From Girardia tigrina (taxonomy: Eukaryota), in NCBI GenBank assembly GCA_001938485.1, contig MQRK01243332.1, positions 5,501 to 55,936 on the forward strand: a stretch of 50,436 nucleotides of DNA. The letters run 5' to 3'. The position numbers were made by a program, and so were the translations under genes. Shown here piece after piece: positions 48,470 to 50,436 of the stretch. Within the stretch, counting starts at the first letter, position 1, and every line of letters starts with the position of its first letter. Under the pieces are notes generated by a model. The model ran no database searches and was not told where the DNA came from. It saw only the letters and a program-made list of their open reading frames with translations.

Positions 48470-50110
48470 ACAATTTGCTTTATTCAGTTTTAATGACAAC
48501 ATAACACAAAGTATGATCAATATAATTGCAATTTCCGGTTTTTGAGTTTAAATCTTTGGAAGACTTTTTCCATATTGATACATTTAGCTCGATTTGATGA
48601 ACAGAATCGAACTGGCGAGCGTGTATCATCGACTGTCTTTCAGGCCTGTACGTGAGTGAACACAGAGAAAGTCGGTTTGTACATAGCCGTGCTGCATTCG
48701 AAGGCTGCTACGCTGGATAGCACTTTGTATGTTTCTTTAAACGCAACTTGCTGTTCATATACTGCCTGGCAGAATAAATATAAAACAAAAGATATTCATT
48801 GTGTCAGAAGATACTAAAAGTAGCATTTAGAACCAATTTTATGTGAAAAGGACTTAAATTAGCCTTTTTTTCAAAACTGCTCTTAACCCCTACGAGATCT
48901 TCCTTTGAGGGGGGATTATTCCAAGGTAAATGAAAGGTTTAATTTAAAGGAGTCCAGGTCATTTATTAATGCTATCACCATCAATAGTTCATTTTATCAT
49001 GAAATCTTCGTTTAATCTCACTGCAAACAATGTATATCGTCTCATAATATACTTCTTACAATGATTCACTGATGTTTCCACTTGACTGTACTGTTGATTA
49101 GATGGTGATGCTATCTCTTAAACGTTTCGTTTCAGTTTGTTGATGCTTTGCTTTACCACTAAATTGCTTTTCATTTTCTGACAACAGCGACTGAGATTCT
49201 TGTAGTATCATTTGAAAATTTTCTGTTGATCTGAGGTTCAATATTACAGCAAAGGTAGAGTTTATAATTTTCATGGCATCCTATTGACCAGTCTCTCGAC
49301 GTTCGAGAATTTTTTCTGATTAAAACAAAATGGAAATTTATATCGCTCAATACCTTGATCAATCCCAGAGTGAGCGCCACGTCATTTCCACCGACAGTCG
49401 TTGAAGGTATTTGTTTTAATGTTTGAAAAATATCAGCATAATTGCTATGCATGATACAGGCAATGTTCAAATGCCTTTGTCATTGATGCTCAAGTAACCG
49501 TGGAACTTTATCAACTTCATAAAACGCTGCAATTCCAGGATGTGAGAGGAATTCATGGAGCATTGTATATTGGTCGAAATACTACTTAACAATATGAACA
49601 CGGGAAGTAACTTTTACTATCACAAGATGAAGCCGGTAATTGAATCGAAGAACGTATGGTATTTTCCTTTTTAGGTTTTCCTGTATCTTTGATTGGACGC
49701 CTCCAGATGATCCACTAATTACACTAGCACCATCGTAACATTGACTAAGTTGATAATTTGTATTCAGTTTGTTTTCTTTTAGCGTTGTCTGTATTAAAGC
49801 TGTCAGGGACTCTTCAACCAAATTTACAGTATTTTTGATCGAAAATAAAGATTCTAATGCTTGCCAATCCTTAGCATATTGAATTCCAATTGCTATACTT
49901 TCTCGATTTCATGCGTCATTTGTCCCGTCTTCTAACAAAGTGTACCATGGAACATCAACGGTGATTATATCATTCACAATATCTTTTCTGACTAACTCAG
50001 TCATCAATATCATGTTGTACTTCCGGTGACAAATAGTTTGCTTTCTTTGGAATGTGTTGATAACACTCTTCCAAACGAGTATTCTTTCGAAGTGCAAATT
50101 CAAACAGATT
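48470..50110 (-). mobile_element. Degenerate hAT (Tip100/ZMYM1-like) transposase
   Basis: YTLLEDGTND, SQCYDGASVISG..GVQSKI, YRLHLVIV; many stops and frameshifts. Confidence 0.8.
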
Positions 50111-50436
50111 TGTAAACAGAGAATATTCTTCCTTTACATCAAAATATTAGCGTCCGCCATTCCCACCAAGTATTGCACGTAAAACTCTTGCCAGGTGCTG
50201 ATACAACGAATCTAAAGGTACCACCGCCTTATTCACGAGCTGATGCGGAAATGATGAACGTGGATGTCCACAGCAGCAGCAGCTCCGTATCAGAAGATGA
50301 CTGAACGGGGGTAAAATCTGTAATTGAAGTTAATAAAGGTGTTTATGTCGTCGACTTACGTTTGCTCTTGTGCCACATAAATATGAAATTCTAACGCAAT
50401 AGAGTAGGGAGAAAATGGCGGTTCTCCACCACCCCC

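Overview
AT-rich eukaryotic, probably invertebrate, nuclear DNA with five N-gaps, GT-AG introns and very high transposon density. Two host genes can be rebuilt by hand, both on the minus strand. (1) A complete six-exon U1 snRNP 70 kDa gene (29727-31151) with mostly 48-67 nt introns. (2) A multi-exon gene (20739 down to at least 3504) that joins an N-terminal dynamin-like P-loop GTPase, a long probably helical linker and a protein kinase N-lobe plus catalytic loop (DSTYK-like architecture). Its exons are separated by 5.8 and 8.9 kb transposon-filled introns, and the kinase C-lobe is not found in the window. The rest is mobile DNA: a full-length mariner, Chapaev3, hAT, piggyBac, Tc1 and Helitron pieces, several MITEs, an RLE-type non-LTR element, one full-length Gypsy with 105-bp AGTT..AACT LTRs, and many Gypsy remnants. 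The main oddities are a 1074-bp foldback element packed with RFX X-box-like palindromes inside the GTPase-kinase intron, an inverted unspliced copy of a U1-70K exon, and a hairpin conserved with a compensatory change in three divergent LTR-like repeats. All family assignments come from motif recognition by eye; no database search was run.
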